A stretch of DNA of 64,000 bases from Methanobacteriota archaeon. Its GTDB lineage: Archaea > JAADCQ01 > Methanopyri > Methanopyrales > Methanopyraceae. Position 1 is the stretch's first letter. Each line of letters starts with the position of its first letter. The notes beneath the pieces are model-generated. The model searched no databases, was not told the origin of the DNA, and was given only the letters and a program-made list of their open reading frames with translations. The position numbers were made by a program, and so were the translations under genes. This document shows positions 9,204 to 18,868 of this stretch, piece by piece. Location of the stretch: positions 32,001-96,000 of the forward strand of contig JAMOPO010000057.1 in assembly GCA_027064425.1 (NCBI GenBank). The letters run 5' to 3'.

Positions 9204-9677
9204 CTGGTCCCCGCCCTGCTCCTGGCCCTGTGCCTGATCGTGGGCGTCGTCGGCCCCGCCGCGTGCGCGGAGGTGAAGCCCGAGCTGCAGCGGGATCAGG
9301 AGCGCGCACTAGCGCAGTCGTCGGAGGAGCAGGTAAACACCCCGCCCAACGAGGCCGTGAAGCCGATGGTTCCAGAGTCGGGCTCGAAGGTGGAGGAGTC
9401 GGTGGCACCGAGCAGCAGGGAGGAGGCCCCGGAGGAGAAGGTCGTGCGGGCCTCGGAGAGGTCGGGTCCGGTCAGGGAGAAGAAGTCTGAGAGCGCGGGC
9501 GGCGGGCGAGTCGCCGAGAACCTGAAGACGAGGCTCCGTCAGCCGGACGTGGCGGAGAGGAACAACGTGAGCGCGCAGCTGCTGGTGGGTGCCCTGATCG
9601 CGGCCCTGGTGGGCGCTTACAGCATCGCGAGCCGGAAAAAGGGTGAGGGAGGCGTGGCGAAGGTCCCAGCGGCCTAG
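9204..9677 (+). CDS. Small exported protein with C-terminal TM anchor
   Basis: Probable CTG start after GGGGTGA gives signal-like MVPALLLALCLIVGVVGPAACA; charged linker; TM LLVGALIAALVGAYSIA followed by SRKK. Confidence 0.6.
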   Translation: MVPALLLALCLIVGVVGPAACAEVKPELQRDQERALAQSSEEQVNTPPNEAVKPMVPESGSKVEESVAPSSREEAPEEKVVRASERSGPVREKKSESAGGGRVAENLKTRLRQPDVAERNNVSAQLLVGALIAALVGAYSIASRKKGEGGVAKVPAA

Positions 9678-9687
9678 TCGGACCCGC

Positions 9688-9951
9688 CTAGTCGGACTCG
9701 GACTGCATGATCTCGTCCGCCGCCTTAATCGCCGCCTCCGCGGCCTTCTCCACCGCCTCCTCGATCTCCTCGTCGGACAGCTCGCTCAGAGGGTGGACGG
9801 TGACCTCGACGCGAACGTCCACGTCGTCCCCGTCAACGACCACTCGAACGTCCACGTCCTCCAGGTCACGCTTGGGAATCCGGCGGTAAAGCTCCCTCAA
9901 CGCCACCTCCTGGATTTTTTCCACCTCCTCCACACTCAGCTCCCGGGGCAT
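9688..9951 (-). CDS. DUF3194-like small protein (typical prefoldin-beta neighbour)
   Basis: MPRELSVEEVEKIQEVA...IPKRDLEDVDVRV...AIKAADE; conserved position after pfdB. Confidence 0.7.
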   Translation of the reverse strand: MPRELSVEEVEKIQEVALRELYRRIPKRDLEDVDVRVVVDGDDVDVRVEVTVHPLSELSDEEIEEAVEKAAEAAIKAADEIMQSESD

Positions 9952-9958
9952 CGGTACG

Positions 9959-10336
9959 CTAGGCGGCCCCTCCACCTCCTCCAGCCTGCTGCTGTTGCTG
10001 CTGCAGGACCTTCTGGAGGCGCTTCTGGAGGCTCTCGATCTGCTCCTGCACCCGCTTCTCCTGCTTCTCCAGCGTCTTGACTCGGAGCTCCAGCGTCTCC
10101 TTACGGTCCTCCAGCTCCTCCTTGACCTCGTCCTTATCCGCCTCGATGAGCAGACCGCCCACGGTCTTGTAGATCCGCGTCTCCTCCTCGATCTCCTCCA
10201 GCTCCTCGAGCGCGCGCTCGATCTCACGCAGCTGCATCTCGAGCTGCTGCTTCTGAGCGACGATCGAGCTCAACTGCTGCTGGAGCTGCTGAAGCTGAGC
10301 CACCTGCTGCTCAACGTTCTGCTGCTGTTGAGCCAT
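9959..10336 (-). CDS. pfdB: Prefoldin beta subunit
   Basis: Coiled coil with IYKTVGGLLIE hairpin; superoperon context. Confidence 0.93.
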   Translation of the reverse strand: MAQQQQNVEQQVAQLQQLQQQLSSIVAQKQQLEMQLREIERALEELEEIEEETRIYKTVGGLLIEADKDEVKEELEDRKETLELRVKTLEKQEKRVQEQIESLQKRLQKVLQQQQQQAGGGGGAA

Positions 10337-10610
10337 CCTCTCGCCCCCCTTCCAGGAGCTTGAGCACGTTTTCGGACACGGTAAGGAGCCGGAGCGTCCC
10401 GGTAACGGAGGCCCTCAAGGCCGGGATGTCCTCGGCCAGGATGGTTATTTGTATGTTATTACCCCGGCGCTCGGCCCGAACCTCGCTCCTCTTGGTCGGC
10501 ATCGCCTCGAGGTCCGGGAGGACGGCCTCGTAGACGACCCGAGCCGCCCGCTCCGACTCGAACTCCGCCTCGCACTCGAACTCGTGCAGGGGGCGACCCA
10601 CCGAGCCCAT
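10311..10610 (-). CDS. pcc1: KEOPS complex subunit Pcc1
   Basis: ARVVYEAVLPD...RSEV...ITILAEDIPALRASV; position between Brix protein and pfdB. Confidence 0.85.
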   Translation of the reverse strand: MGSVGRPLHEFECEAEFESERAARVVYEAVLPDLEAMPTKRSEVRAERRGNNIQITILAEDIPALRASVTGTLRLLTVSENVLKLLEGGREDGSTAAER

Positions 10611-10675
10611 CCCCGACTCGAACACCGGGTTAAGCCTCGAATTAGATTGAGCCTCGAACTGGATCTCGACTCGGA

Positions 10676-11263
10676 TTAGATCTCGAACTTGCGGTCCCGG
10701 ATCTCGAACCGGCGGTAGAAGATGGAGGGGCCGACCTTCTCGGAGCCTCGGTAGAAGGTGATCGTGCCCAGGTGCGTAGGGTGGCTCTCGATCACCAGGA
10801 GCGCGTCAGCGAAGGCCTCGTCGAGCACGTCCTCAAGGGAGCCCGTGCGGGGAACGAACTCGACTCCGAGGAGGTCGGAGAGGGCCTCCGCCACCTTCAC
10901 GTGGCCGGAGACGGGGCGCTTGGACGTGGTGATCGCGAGCGTGCCCTCCACGTTGATGCGCTTCGCGTCGTGGTGCGAGAACTCGCGCTGGAGCTTAACG
11001 CCTCCCAGGGAGAAGTAGAGGCGCTCGCGCGGCGGGATCTCGGAGATGTCGATGACGGTGATCCGGGCGGGGTTACCCTTCGCCTCTGAGATGTACAGCA
11101 GGGTTTCCGCGTCGTTCTCCAGGGCCTCGAGCACGGTGTCTCGGAGGTTCTTGGTGCCCCGCTGGACGTAGACGGCCTCGGGGATGGCGCACTCGAGGTC
11201 GCGGCAGAGGGATCGCGTGCGGCGGGTGGGGCGCTGGGAGGTGGTGATGGCGACGACTTTCAA
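10676..11263 (-). CDS. Brix/Imp4-domain ribosome biogenesis protein
   Basis: ITTSQRPTRRTRSLCRDL, QRGTKNL, EAKGNPARI; TTG start overlaps the rpoP stop (TTGA). Confidence 0.88.
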   Translation of the reverse strand: MKVVAITTSQRPTRRTRSLCRDLECAIPEAVYVQRGTKNLRDTVLEALENDAETLLYISEAKGNPARITVIDISEIPPRERLYFSLGGVKLQREFSHHDAKRINVEGTLAITTSKRPVSGHVKVAEALSDLLGVEFVPRTGSLEDVLDEAFADALLVIESHPTHLGTITFYRGSEKVGPSIFYRRFEIRDRKFEI

Positions 11264-11427
11264 CGGGCCTTGTACCTCCTGGGCACCGGCTGCCGCGGCT
11301 TCATGACGATTCTGAACCCGCAGTGGGTGCACCGGATGGGGTCCTCGTTGATGTTCAGCCGCACCTTCTTGCCGCAGCGCATGCAGACGTACTCGTACTT
11401 CTCCTCCTCTTCCTCGTAGGCGACCAT
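11260..11427 (-). CDS. rpoP: RNA polymerase subunit P (Rpo12)
   Basis: Manual translation MVAYEEEEEKYEYVCMRCGKKV...IRCTHCGFRIVMKPR; below the ORF-track cutoff. Confidence 0.92.
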   Translation of the reverse strand: MVAYEEEEEKYEYVCMRCGKKVRLNINEDPIRCTHCGFRIVMKPRQPVPRRYKAR

Positions 11428-11428
11428 G

Positions 11429-11707
11429 TTACCGCTCCTCCTCTTCCTCTAGGGCCTTTCGAATGGCTCGCTCCACCATTCTCTGGGCCTCGGTCTCCGG
11501 GTAGTACGCGCCGCCCGCGAACTCCGTGCCGCACTTGGTGCACCGCCAGATGCCGGTGCCCACGCGCTTCACGGCCTTCCGGTGGCACACCGGGCACTCG
11601 TGCTTCTGGCGCTGGACGGACTCGATCTCGGCCACCCGACGCCGGATGCGCATTCCGTACCTCGGGCCGAACCGGCCGGCGGGTCCTACCTTCTTGGTCC
11701 GACCCAT
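11429..11707 (-). CDS. rpl37ae: 50S ribosomal protein L37Ae (eL43)
   Basis: [31 protein letters not shown]. Confidence 0.97.
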   Translation of the reverse strand: MGRTKKVGPAGRFGPRYGMRIRRRVAEIESVQRQKHECPVCHRKAVKRVGTGIWRCTKCGTEFAGGAYYPETEAQRMVERAIRKALEEEEER

Positions 11708-11725
11708 CGCGCCTCACCCCCGGGC

Positions 11726-12529
11726 TCAGAGCTGCGCCTTGACGACCCCCCTAATTTCTTCCGCCTTTTTCACGGCCAGGTCGATGGCGTCGTCGAGCAG
11801 GTGCTCGGGGAGCGAGCCGCGCTCGCCCTTCTGCACCGCGCAGATTCGGCCCTCCTCGGTCACGGTGACGGTGATGCGGGCGTCCATGACCACCTCCTCG
11901 TCGAGGCAGGGGTCGACCAGGAGGTGCTCGTCCACGAGGGCGATGGTCACGGAGACGGGGAAGTCGCGGACCTCGAGCGGGGTCAGCTCGGTCTCGTCGA
12001 CCTCGACCTCGTCGTCCACCACCTCGGCCTTGGGCACCCTGGTCCGGTGCAGGGCGGTGACGGAGCCCAGCAGTGAGGCGTCGAACAGGTTACCGTCGTG
12101 GTCCAGCACGTGGATGTCCACGAAGGTGACCCAGCAGTGCTCGCCCTCCTCGATGCACAGGGACTTCATGTCGATCATCTCGGACTCCCGGATGCCTCGG
12201 TCCACGACGCGGGAGAGCTCGATGGCGTTCTCGTCGGGCGGGCCGGGCTCGAAGGTCGGGTCGGCGAGGGGTACGAGCTCGGCGTTCACGGCCAGGGCGC
12301 CCTCGTCGGGGGAGTCGGGGTACGGGGTGCCCACCTCCAGCTTGACGCCGACGACGAGCTGGGTGTTGCCCAGGCGGACGAGGGCGGAGCCGTTGGCCTT
12401 CGCGATCACGTCCGGCTGGACCTCGATGGGCCGGAACTCCTCGAAGTCGCGACCGTCCACGCGCTCGCCGGCCTTGATCGCCTCCAGGACCTCGTGCCGC
12501 TTGATCCGGGCGAGCAGGTCCTGGTCCAA
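11726..12529 (-). CDS. rrp42: Exosome core subunit Rrp42
   Basis: RVDGRDFEEFR, FEPGPPDENAIELSRVVDRGIRES, LDHDGNL. Confidence 0.95.
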   Translation of the reverse strand: MDQDLLARIKRHEVLEAIKAGERVDGRDFEEFRPIEVQPDVIAKANGSALVRLGNTQLVVGVKLEVGTPYPDSPDEGALAVNAELVPLADPTFEPGPPDENAIELSRVVDRGIRESEMIDMKSLCIEEGEHCWVTFVDIHVLDHDGNLFDASLLGSVTALHRTRVPKAEVVDDEVEVDETELTPLEVRDFPVSVTIALVDEHLLVDPCLDEEVVMDARITVTVTEEGRICAVQKGERGSLPEHLLDDAIDLAVKKAEEIRGVVKAQL

Positions 12530-12541
12530 GGCGCGCGACCC

Positions 12542-13264
12542 CTACTCCTCTCCGTACTTACGCTTGAGCGCCCTCCGCTGCTCCTTGTAGACGATCTTGC
12601 AGCCCTTCTTGGCCAGCTTGACGGCCTTCTTGAACTCCTCAGGGGTCATGTCGCCGTCCATCTGAAGCAGGGTGATCTCGCCCTCCTTGGGCATCATCGC
12701 GAGCGGGACGTCCGCCTCGCCGTAGCCGTCCTCGTAGTACATCGGGTCGAGCACGATGTGCCCGTCCACCTTGCCCGCGGCGCAGGCGGCGACGAGGTCC
12801 CGCATCTCGATCCCCGCGTCGGCGAGGGCGACCGAGGCCGCAGTGATCCCCGCGCACCGCGTGCCCGCGTCCGCCTGCAGGACCTCGACGAAGATGTCGA
12901 TGGCCGTGCGCGGGTAGTACTCCGTGAAGATCGCCGGCTCCAGCGCCTCCTTGGACAGCTTGGAGATCTCGATCGAGCGCCGGTCGGGCCCCGGCCGCTT
13001 CCGCTCGTCCACGGAGAACGGGGCCATGTTGTACCGGAACCGCACCACGGCCCGGTCCGGCTTCTGCTTGTGCCGCGGGTGCAGCTCCCGGGGCCCGTAC
13101 ACGGCCGCCACGATCCGGTTAGCGCCCAGCTCCACGTACGCGGACCCGTCCGCGCGCTTGAGCACTCCGGCCTTGATCTTGAGCGGGCGCATCTCGTCGG
13201 GCTTCCGACCGTCGAGCCGGAGCCCGTCCTCCGAGATCAGACGCTCCGGCTCCTCCTCCGGCAT
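12542..13264 (-). CDS. rrp41: Exosome catalytic subunit Rrp41
   Basis: [34 protein letters not shown]. Confidence 0.96.
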   Translation of the reverse strand: MPEEEPERLISEDGLRLDGRKPDEMRPLKIKAGVLKRADGSAYVELGANRIVAAVYGPRELHPRHKQKPDRAVVRFRYNMAPFSVDERKRPGPDRRSIEISKLSKEALEPAIFTEYYPRTAIDIFVEVLQADAGTRCAGITAASVALADAGIEMRDLVAACAAGKVDGHIVLDPMYYEDGYGEADVPLAMMPKEGEITLLQMDGDMTPEEFKKAVKLAKKGCKIVYKEQRRALKRKYGEE

Positions 13265-13270
13265 GCCCAC

Positions 13271-13990
13271 TCACCACCGCGAGAGCCTCCTGATGTTGGA
13301 CTTCAACCAGTCGGTCAGGCCCTCGAGGTGCGACCGACGCTCGATCTCCCGCAGGGCGCGGGCCGCCAGGGCCTCCCGCTCGCGCTTGGGCTCCTCCCGA
13401 GCCTTGACGTAGATCCGCCCGTTGGCGCCCACGATGATGTCGCACTTGAGCTCCCGCTTGAGCATCTTGATCATGGAGCCCTCGCGGCCGATCACTCGGG
13501 GGACCTTAACCGGGTCGATGTCGACCACGCGCCCCCCTTCCAGCCTGCCCAAGCGCACCGGGGCGTCCTCCTCCAGGATCGAGATCTCGATCCGCTGCAC
13601 CGGGTTGACGTCCTTGACGACCGCCGCGAGCACGTCACCCTCCTTGAAGTACTTCGACAGGTCCGTTTCGATCAGATCCACCTCCTCCTCCAGCGCGTTG
13701 GAGACGTGCAGGATGGCCGGGAGCGGCGCTCGGATATCGACGAGCCAGGTGGAGAACCGGACCTCCTGGACGACGCCGACGACCAGGTCGCCCGGGGTGG
13801 GCCGGTAGGGGCCGGCGAGCGGGATGACGCGGATCGTGCGCCCCTGGACGTCGGCCAGCCCGGTCACCTTGGAGTAGACCTTGTCCTTCTCCATGTAAGT
13901 GCCCTCGCTGGCCACGACCTGCCCCTCCGCCAGCCGCTCGCCCGGGGTGACGACCTCCCGGTCCTTGACGTGCATCTCGTACTCCGACAA
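13271..13990 (-). CDS. rrp4: Exosome RNA-binding cap Rrp4
   Basis: VTPGE, S1 domain, KH motif KVPRVIGREGSM, GANGRI. Confidence 0.95.
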   Translation of the reverse strand: MSEYEMHVKDREVVTPGERLAEGQVVASEGTYMEKDKVYSKVTGLADVQGRTIRVIPLAGPYRPTPGDLVVGVVQEVRFSTWLVDIRAPLPAILHVSNALEEEVDLIETDLSKYFKEGDVLAAVVKDVNPVQRIEISILEEDAPVRLGRLEGGRVVDIDPVKVPRVIGREGSMIKMLKRELKCDIIVGANGRIYVKAREEPKREREALAARALREIERRSHLEGLTDWLKSNIRRLSRW

Positions 13991-13997
13991 CGTTCGA

Positions 13998-15059
13998 TCA
14001 CCTCGACACCCGGTCGGGTAGCTTGGGAACGACGTTCGCGGCGAGCTCGAGCGCGTGCTCCGCGTCCTTCAGGTCCAGGACCTCCGCGGGCGAGTGGAGG
14101 TACCTCGTCGGCACGCCGATCACGCCGGCGGGTACGCCGCCGCGGGTGAGGTGGATCGCGGTCGCGTCGGTCGTCCCGCCCTCTCCCACCTCGAGCTGGT
14201 AGGGAATGTCCAGCTCCTTGGCGGTCTCGATGAGGAGCTCCCGGACCTTCGGGTGCGAGATGAGCCCGCGCCCGCTCGCGTCCACGACGGTGATGGCGGG
14301 CCCCTCGCCCAGCTTCAGCTCCGCCTCCTTGACCCCGGGCACGTCCCCGGCGACCGCGGTCTCGAGCACGAGGGCCGCGTGCGGGTAGATCTCGAAGGCC
14401 GACGTCCGGGCCCCTTTCAGCCCGACCTCCTCCTGAACGGTGCCGACGAAGTAGACGGTCGGGTAGTCATCGTCCGCCTCCTCGGCCAGCCGCTCGGCGA
14501 GCGTCAGGAGGAGTGCCACGCCGATCTTGTCGTCCAGGCCGCGCCCGTTCACGCGGTTGGAGGCCAGCTTGGTGAACTCGCCCTGGAGAACGCCCACGTC
14601 CCCAACGCTGACGAGCTCCTCGGCCTCCTCCCTGTCCGACGCGCCGATGTCGATGAACATCTCCCGGTGCTCGGGTACCTTGCGCCGCTCCTTCTTCTTC
14701 TGCACGTGCGGGGGCTTGGTGCCGACGACTCCGGGGACCTTCTCGCCCTCCGAGTTCAGGATCACGACGCGGCTGCCGGGCAGGATCTTGTCGTCCACGC
14801 CGCCCAGCTTGGCGAACTTGAGGAAGCCCTGCTTGGTGATGGACTTGACGATGAACCCGACCTCGTCCATGTGGGCGGCGAGCATTACCTTGTACTTAGA
14901 TCCCTCGAGCGTGCCGATGACGTTGCCCATCACGTCCACGTGGACGTCGTCGCAGCACTCCTCGAGGACCTCGCGGACGTACTCGCGGACCTCGTCCTCG
15001 CGCCCCGGTGGGGCGGGTCGCTCGACCAGCTCGCGCAGGTGCTCCTCGATGCGTTCCAA
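13998..15059 (-). CDS. M42 (TET/FrvX) metallo-aminopeptidase
   Basis: AAHMDEVG, LDDKIG, QEEVGLKGA, GGTTDA, RYLHSP. Confidence 0.92.
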   Translation of the reverse strand: MERIEEHLRELVERPAPPGREDEVREYVREVLEECCDDVHVDVMGNVIGTLEGSKYKVMLAAHMDEVGFIVKSITKQGFLKFAKLGGVDDKILPGSRVVILNSEGEKVPGVVGTKPPHVQKKKERRKVPEHREMFIDIGASDREEAEELVSVGDVGVLQGEFTKLASNRVNGRGLDDKIGVALLLTLAERLAEEADDDYPTVYFVGTVQEEVGLKGARTSAFEIYPHAALVLETAVAGDVPGVKEAELKLGEGPAITVVDASGRGLISHPKVRELLIETAKELDIPYQLEVGEGGTTDATAIHLTRGGVPAGVIGVPTRYLHSPAEVLDLKDAEHALELAANVVPKLPDRVSR

Positions 15060-15062
15060 GGC

Positions 15063-15785
15063 CTACGGACCCTCCAGCTTCTTGCGCTCGAGGATCTTGC
15101 TCTCGTAGTCGCCCTTCGTGACCTCGTTGAGCTTCTCGAAGAAGTCCTCCTGAACCCCGGCCGGGAGCTTGACCACCGCGATCCAGGAGCCGTCCTCCTG
15201 CCACTCCTCCTGCTCGATGTCACCGTACTCCCGGACGATGCCCATCGCCTGGCCGGTGTACTTCGCGGGGATGCGGATGGCGACCTTCACCTCCTCGAAC
15301 TTCATCGGCAGGTGCGGTCGGAGCTGCTTGATGACCTCCTTGACCTGCTCCTCCGCGCTCTTCATCGGGTCGATGTGGACGCCGGCCTCCTCCATCGCCC
15401 GCTCGATCCGCTCGGGTGGGTGGGGCGCGCCCGTGCGCGGGTCCACGGCCCGCTTGGCGATCATGTGGATGATCTGCTTCTTGACCTCCTCCTGCATCTT
15501 CCGGCGCTGCTCCGCCGTGAGCTGAATCTGGCCCTCCTTGATGATGATCTCCGCGACCTTGGTCGGCTCGGTCGTGCCGAAGACCTCCTCCATCGCCTGC
15601 TCGGAGGCCCGCTCGCCCTTCCTCGCGTCCCGAAACACCTGCTCGACGGCCAGGATCTCCTCCACGTCGACGTCCTCGCCCTCCCGCAGCTTCCGCGCAC
15701 CCTCCGGGTCCACGAGGACCTCGAACCGCTCCCCGCCCTTCTCCAGCCGGGCCACGACGGCCTCCTCAAGGCTGACGCGCGCCAT
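15063..15785 (-). CDS. Ribosome maturation protein SBDS/SDO1
   Basis: [40 protein letters not shown]. Confidence 0.95.
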   Translation of the reverse strand: MARVSLEEAVVARLEKGGERFEVLVDPEGARKLREGEDVDVEEILAVEQVFRDARKGERASEQAMEEVFGTTEPTKVAEIIIKEGQIQLTAEQRRKMQEEVKKQIIHMIAKRAVDPRTGAPHPPERIERAMEEAGVHIDPMKSAEEQVKEVIKQLRPHLPMKFEEVKVAIRIPAKYTGQAMGIVREYGDIEQEEWQEDGSWIAVVKLPAGVQEDFFEKLNEVTKGDYESKILERKKLEGP

Positions 15786-15787
15786 CG

Positions 15788-16534
15788 CTACCCGGCCCCT
15801 TCGATCTCCTCCGGCTCCTCGCCACCGGTGACCTCGCGGAAGATCTCCTCGATCTTCTCCCGCTCGAGCTTCCGGAACCCGTCCTCATCCACGACGGCGA
15901 TCTCCAGGTTCTCGACCGTGGTCTCCTCCCGGGAGGCCTCGTAGAGGGCCTTCACGGCGAGCTCGACCGCCTCGTCCAGGGACATGTCCTCCCGGTACTC
16001 CTCCTCGAACACGTCCAGCGCCTCCTGACGACCCTCGCCGATGGCCGTCGCCTTGTGCTCGGTCAGCGCACCGCTCGGGTCCGTCTCGAAGAGGCGGCAC
16101 CCCTTCGTGTCCACGCCCGCGATCAGCAGCGCGGTACCGAAGGGTCGGACGCCACCGTGCTGCGTGTACACCTGCTTGAGATCGCAGATGGACTTGACCA
16201 GCACGTCCACGTCGATGGGCTCACCGTACGTGTACCGGTAGGTCTGCGCCTCGACCCGGGCCCGCTCCACCAGCACCCTCGCGTCCGCCACGAGGCCAGC
16301 GGTCGCGGCCCCGATGTGCGTGTCGATCTGGTACACCTTCTCGATGGACTCGGGCTCGATGAGCTTGGAGGTGACCCGCTTGTCGACCCCCAGCACCACG
16401 CCCTCCTCGACCTTGATCCCGAGCGCGGTGGTGCCCCGCTTGACCGCTTCACGCGCGTACTCGACCTGGAACAGCCGGCCGTCCGGGCTGAATACGGTGA
16501 TCGCGCGATCGTACGCGGTCTGGGCCGGCTGCAT
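15788..16534 (-). CDS. psmA: Proteasome alpha subunit
   Basis: [31 protein letters not shown]. Confidence 0.97.
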   Translation of the reverse strand: MQPAQTAYDRAITVFSPDGRLFQVEYAREAVKRGTTALGIKVEEGVVLGVDKRVTSKLIEPESIEKVYQIDTHIGAATAGLVADARVLVERARVEAQTYRYTYGEPIDVDVLVKSICDLKQVYTQHGGVRPFGTALLIAGVDTKGCRLFETDPSGALTEHKATAIGEGRQEALDVFEEEYREDMSLDEAVELAVKALYEASREETTVENLEIAVVDEDGFRKLEREKIEEIFREVTGGEEPEEIEGAG

Positions 16535-16546
16535 GGTCAGCACCCC

Positions 16547-17020
16547 TCAATCGGGCAAGGGATCTTCGTAACTCGCGTGAGCGACGATCCTCCCGTCCTC
16601 CACCACGTCCACCTCGCCGTTCTCGTAAATTAAGAACGTCCGACCATCCACCTCCTCGACGTCCCACCGCGGCACCCGGGAGAGGAGCCGCTCCGCCCCT
16701 TTAACCGTTCCGGAGGTGCCCAGCACCTCCAGAAACACCCGACCGAGCTCGGGATCCTCGCGGTACAGGGACAGCGCCGCCCGCGCCGGGGACTCCTGAC
16801 CACGCTCGACCCGAAGGATGCCCGCGCGAAGCTCCTCGTCCCAGCGCATCAGCCACGGGCGGAGCCGGCCCATGCCGACGGGACCGAGCACGTCGGACAG
16901 GGCCCGGATAACGAGCTCCCGGGCCCCGTCGAAGTCCAGCTCCTCGAGCCGCTCGGACCAGACCTTGAACGCGATGTAGCGCCACCGGGGCCGCAGGGTG
17001 GAGGTGATCCTAACCCCCAT
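16547..17020 (-). CDS. rnp2: RNase P protein Pop5 (Rnp2)
   Basis: TLRPRWRYIAFKV, GILRV, VLGTSGTVK. Confidence 0.9.
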   Translation of the reverse strand: MGVRITSTLRPRWRYIAFKVWSERLEELDFDGARELVIRALSDVLGPVGMGRLRPWLMRWDEELRAGILRVERGQESPARAALSLYREDPELGRVFLEVLGTSGTVKGAERLLSRVPRWDVEEVDGRTFLIYENGEVDVVEDGRIVAHASYEDPLPD

Positions 17021-17750
17021 CCTCCACCACCGCCACCCCGGGGACGACGAACAGGTGCTTGCAGGCCACGTTCCAGCGCAGGAACTCGCGGGGTGACTCC
17101 ACCAGCACCTCCTCGATCTCCTCCTCGGTCAGCCCGATCAGGGACAGCACGTCCTCCAGCTGCTTGGGCGGGATCAGCTCCAGCGGGTCGCGGGAGCCGA
17201 GGGCGACGGTCACGGGGAACCGCTTCCTCCGGCGCATGCGGAGGAGGTCCCGGATCCTCGACACCTGCCAGGCCAGGCGCTCCCCGCTCCGGCGCAGCAG
17301 GCGCGAGAGGTCGATCTCGACGTACGTGTGCTTCTCTCGGGCGAGCTCGATGTCGTGCTTGCCCAGGCCGGCGTGCGGGTTCCCGCGCTCGGGGTGCGAG
17401 AGCGTGTCCACGCGCGTGTCGGAGAGGGCGGTCCGGTTGATGTCCGGCTCGCCGCCGCCCACGGCGAGGTAGTACACCTCGGGCCGGACGCGGGCGATGG
17501 CCCGGCGGAGCTCGCTCGGGGACTCGGCCTCGAGCTTGCACCCGGGGAGAAGCAGCGCGTCGACGCGGTCCTGGATGTCGGCCAGCTCCTCGTTCAGCCA
17601 CTCCAGCTCGCTCAGGTCGAGGTCCTCGGCCCGGAGCTCGAGGGACAGGACGACGACGTCGTAGCCCAGCCGGTCGGTGGCGAGGGCCATGCGGAGGGGG
17701 TCGACCTCGTCCACGTGAACGCGGAGGGCGAAGTGCTCGGCGCGCTTTAG
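17010..17750 (-). CDS. rnp3: RNase P protein Rpp30 (Rnp3); start codon uncertain
   Basis: INRTALSDTRVDTLSHPE, PHP-like barrel; frame is open upstream of GTG 17714 through HFALRVH to a CTA overlapping the upstream stop. Confidence 0.85.
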   Translation of the reverse strand, partial: LKRAEHFALRVHVDEVDPLRMALATDRLGYDVVVLSLELRAEDLDLSELEWLNEELADIQDRVDALLLPGCKLEAESPSELRRAIARVRPEVYYLAVGGGEPDINRTALSDTRVDTLSHPERGNPHAGLGKHDIELAREKHTYVEIDLSRLLRRSGERLAWQVSRIRDLLRMRRRKRFPVTVALGSRDPLELIPPKQLEDVLSLIGLTEEEIEEVLVESPREFLRWNVACKHLFVVPGVAVVEDGG

Positions 17751-18208
17751 TCGGTCGAGAAGATACCTAGCCGTTTCAGGGCCTTGATCCCGCCCTCCCG
17801 GCTCGCCGGGTACGCCTCCAGGTTCAGCTTCACCCGAACCACGTCGTCCGTGTCCGATACTCTAAGCTCCCCCAGGTACGCGCTCTGCTTGTCGAACCGG
17901 ATGTAGAAGTTCCCGTGATCGTCCACGCGCCGCTCGACCTCCTCCCAGACCCGTCGCTTCTCCTCCTCCGGCAGGTGCTTGCGCCAGTGCTCGAGCACGC
18001 GCTCGATGTGGGCCTTCCGAGTCAGCCGCACCTGGAAGATGGTGATGGGGTTCCCGTGGTGGCCCTCCGCGTAGAAGGTCTCGACCTCGACGTCGTCCTC
18101 CTCCGTTACGCCCCCGAGAACGTTCGACAGCGCCTCGAGCACCTTGTCCTCGTCCTCCGTCGCGTGCGCGATCACCCGGGCGGAGATGCTGTTGACGGGA
18201 AGGGACAA
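17747..18208 (-). CDS. Exosome-superoperon RNA-binding protein (COG1325/DUF54 type)
   Basis: AHATEDEDKVLEAL, GHHGNPI, FYIRFDKQSAY. Confidence 0.85.
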   Translation of the reverse strand: MSLPVNSISARVIAHATEDEDKVLEALSNVLGGVTEEDDVEVETFYAEGHHGNPITIFQVRLTRKAHIERVLEHWRKHLPEEEKRRVWEEVERRVDDHGNFYIRFDKQSAYLGELRVSDTDDVVRVKLNLEAYPASREGGIKALKRLGIFSTD

Positions 18209-18226
18209 AGCAAGGGGAGGCCCCCG

Positions 18227-18811
18227 TTACTTCCCGCGCCTCCGGTGCGCGCGGATGCTCGGCCGCACCTTCTCCGCTCCCTTACCGCGCTTCCGCAGGC
18301 CGCGCGACTTCTTGCCCGCGCTCGTCTTACCCCGGAACACGCGGCCCTTCTGGGACTTCTGACAGATCCAGTTGATCCGGTGGTCGCTCTTGATCTGCGG
18401 GTGGTACGGGTCGACCATGATCACCTCGTAGTACTTGTACTGACCGTCCTCGCCGACCCAGTACGAGTTCAGCACCTCCAGGTTCGGGTACTTCCGCTGG
18501 GCCCGCTCCTCGGCGATCCACTGCCGGCTCTTACCGGGCGAGAACTTGTTCTTACCCATGCGCTTGGGTCGGCGGCCCTTCCTCGGCCGGGACTTGCGCC
18601 GGCCTCCCTTCGGCACTCGGACCCGGACGATCACGTAGCCCGGCTTGGCCCGGTACCCGAGCCGGCGGGCCCGCTCGATCCGGGTCGGGCGCTTGACGCG
18701 CTGGACCGCGGGACCCTTCCTCCACTTCGGCAGCCGCTTCTTCAGCAGCTCGCCCACGTACGAGTCCTTGGGGCGCTTCCACGCCTCGCGCTGGTACTTG
18801 TACATGGACAT
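18227..18811 (-). CDS. rpl15e: 50S ribosomal protein L15e
   Basis: [44 protein letters not shown]. Confidence 0.97.
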   Translation of the reverse strand: MSMYKYQREAWKRPKDSYVGELLKKRLPKWRKGPAVQRVKRPTRIERARRLGYRAKPGYVIVRVRVPKGGRRKSRPRKGRRPKRMGKNKFSPGKSRQWIAEERAQRKYPNLEVLNSYWVGEDGQYKYYEVIMVDPYHPQIKSDHRINWICQKSQKGRVFRGKTSAGKKSRGLRKRGKGAEKVRPSIRAHRRRGK

Positions 18812-18868
18812 GGCCACTCTCCCCTCCCGCGCCCGCGCCGGTCCGGGCTTAAGTGTTTACCCGAGGGG

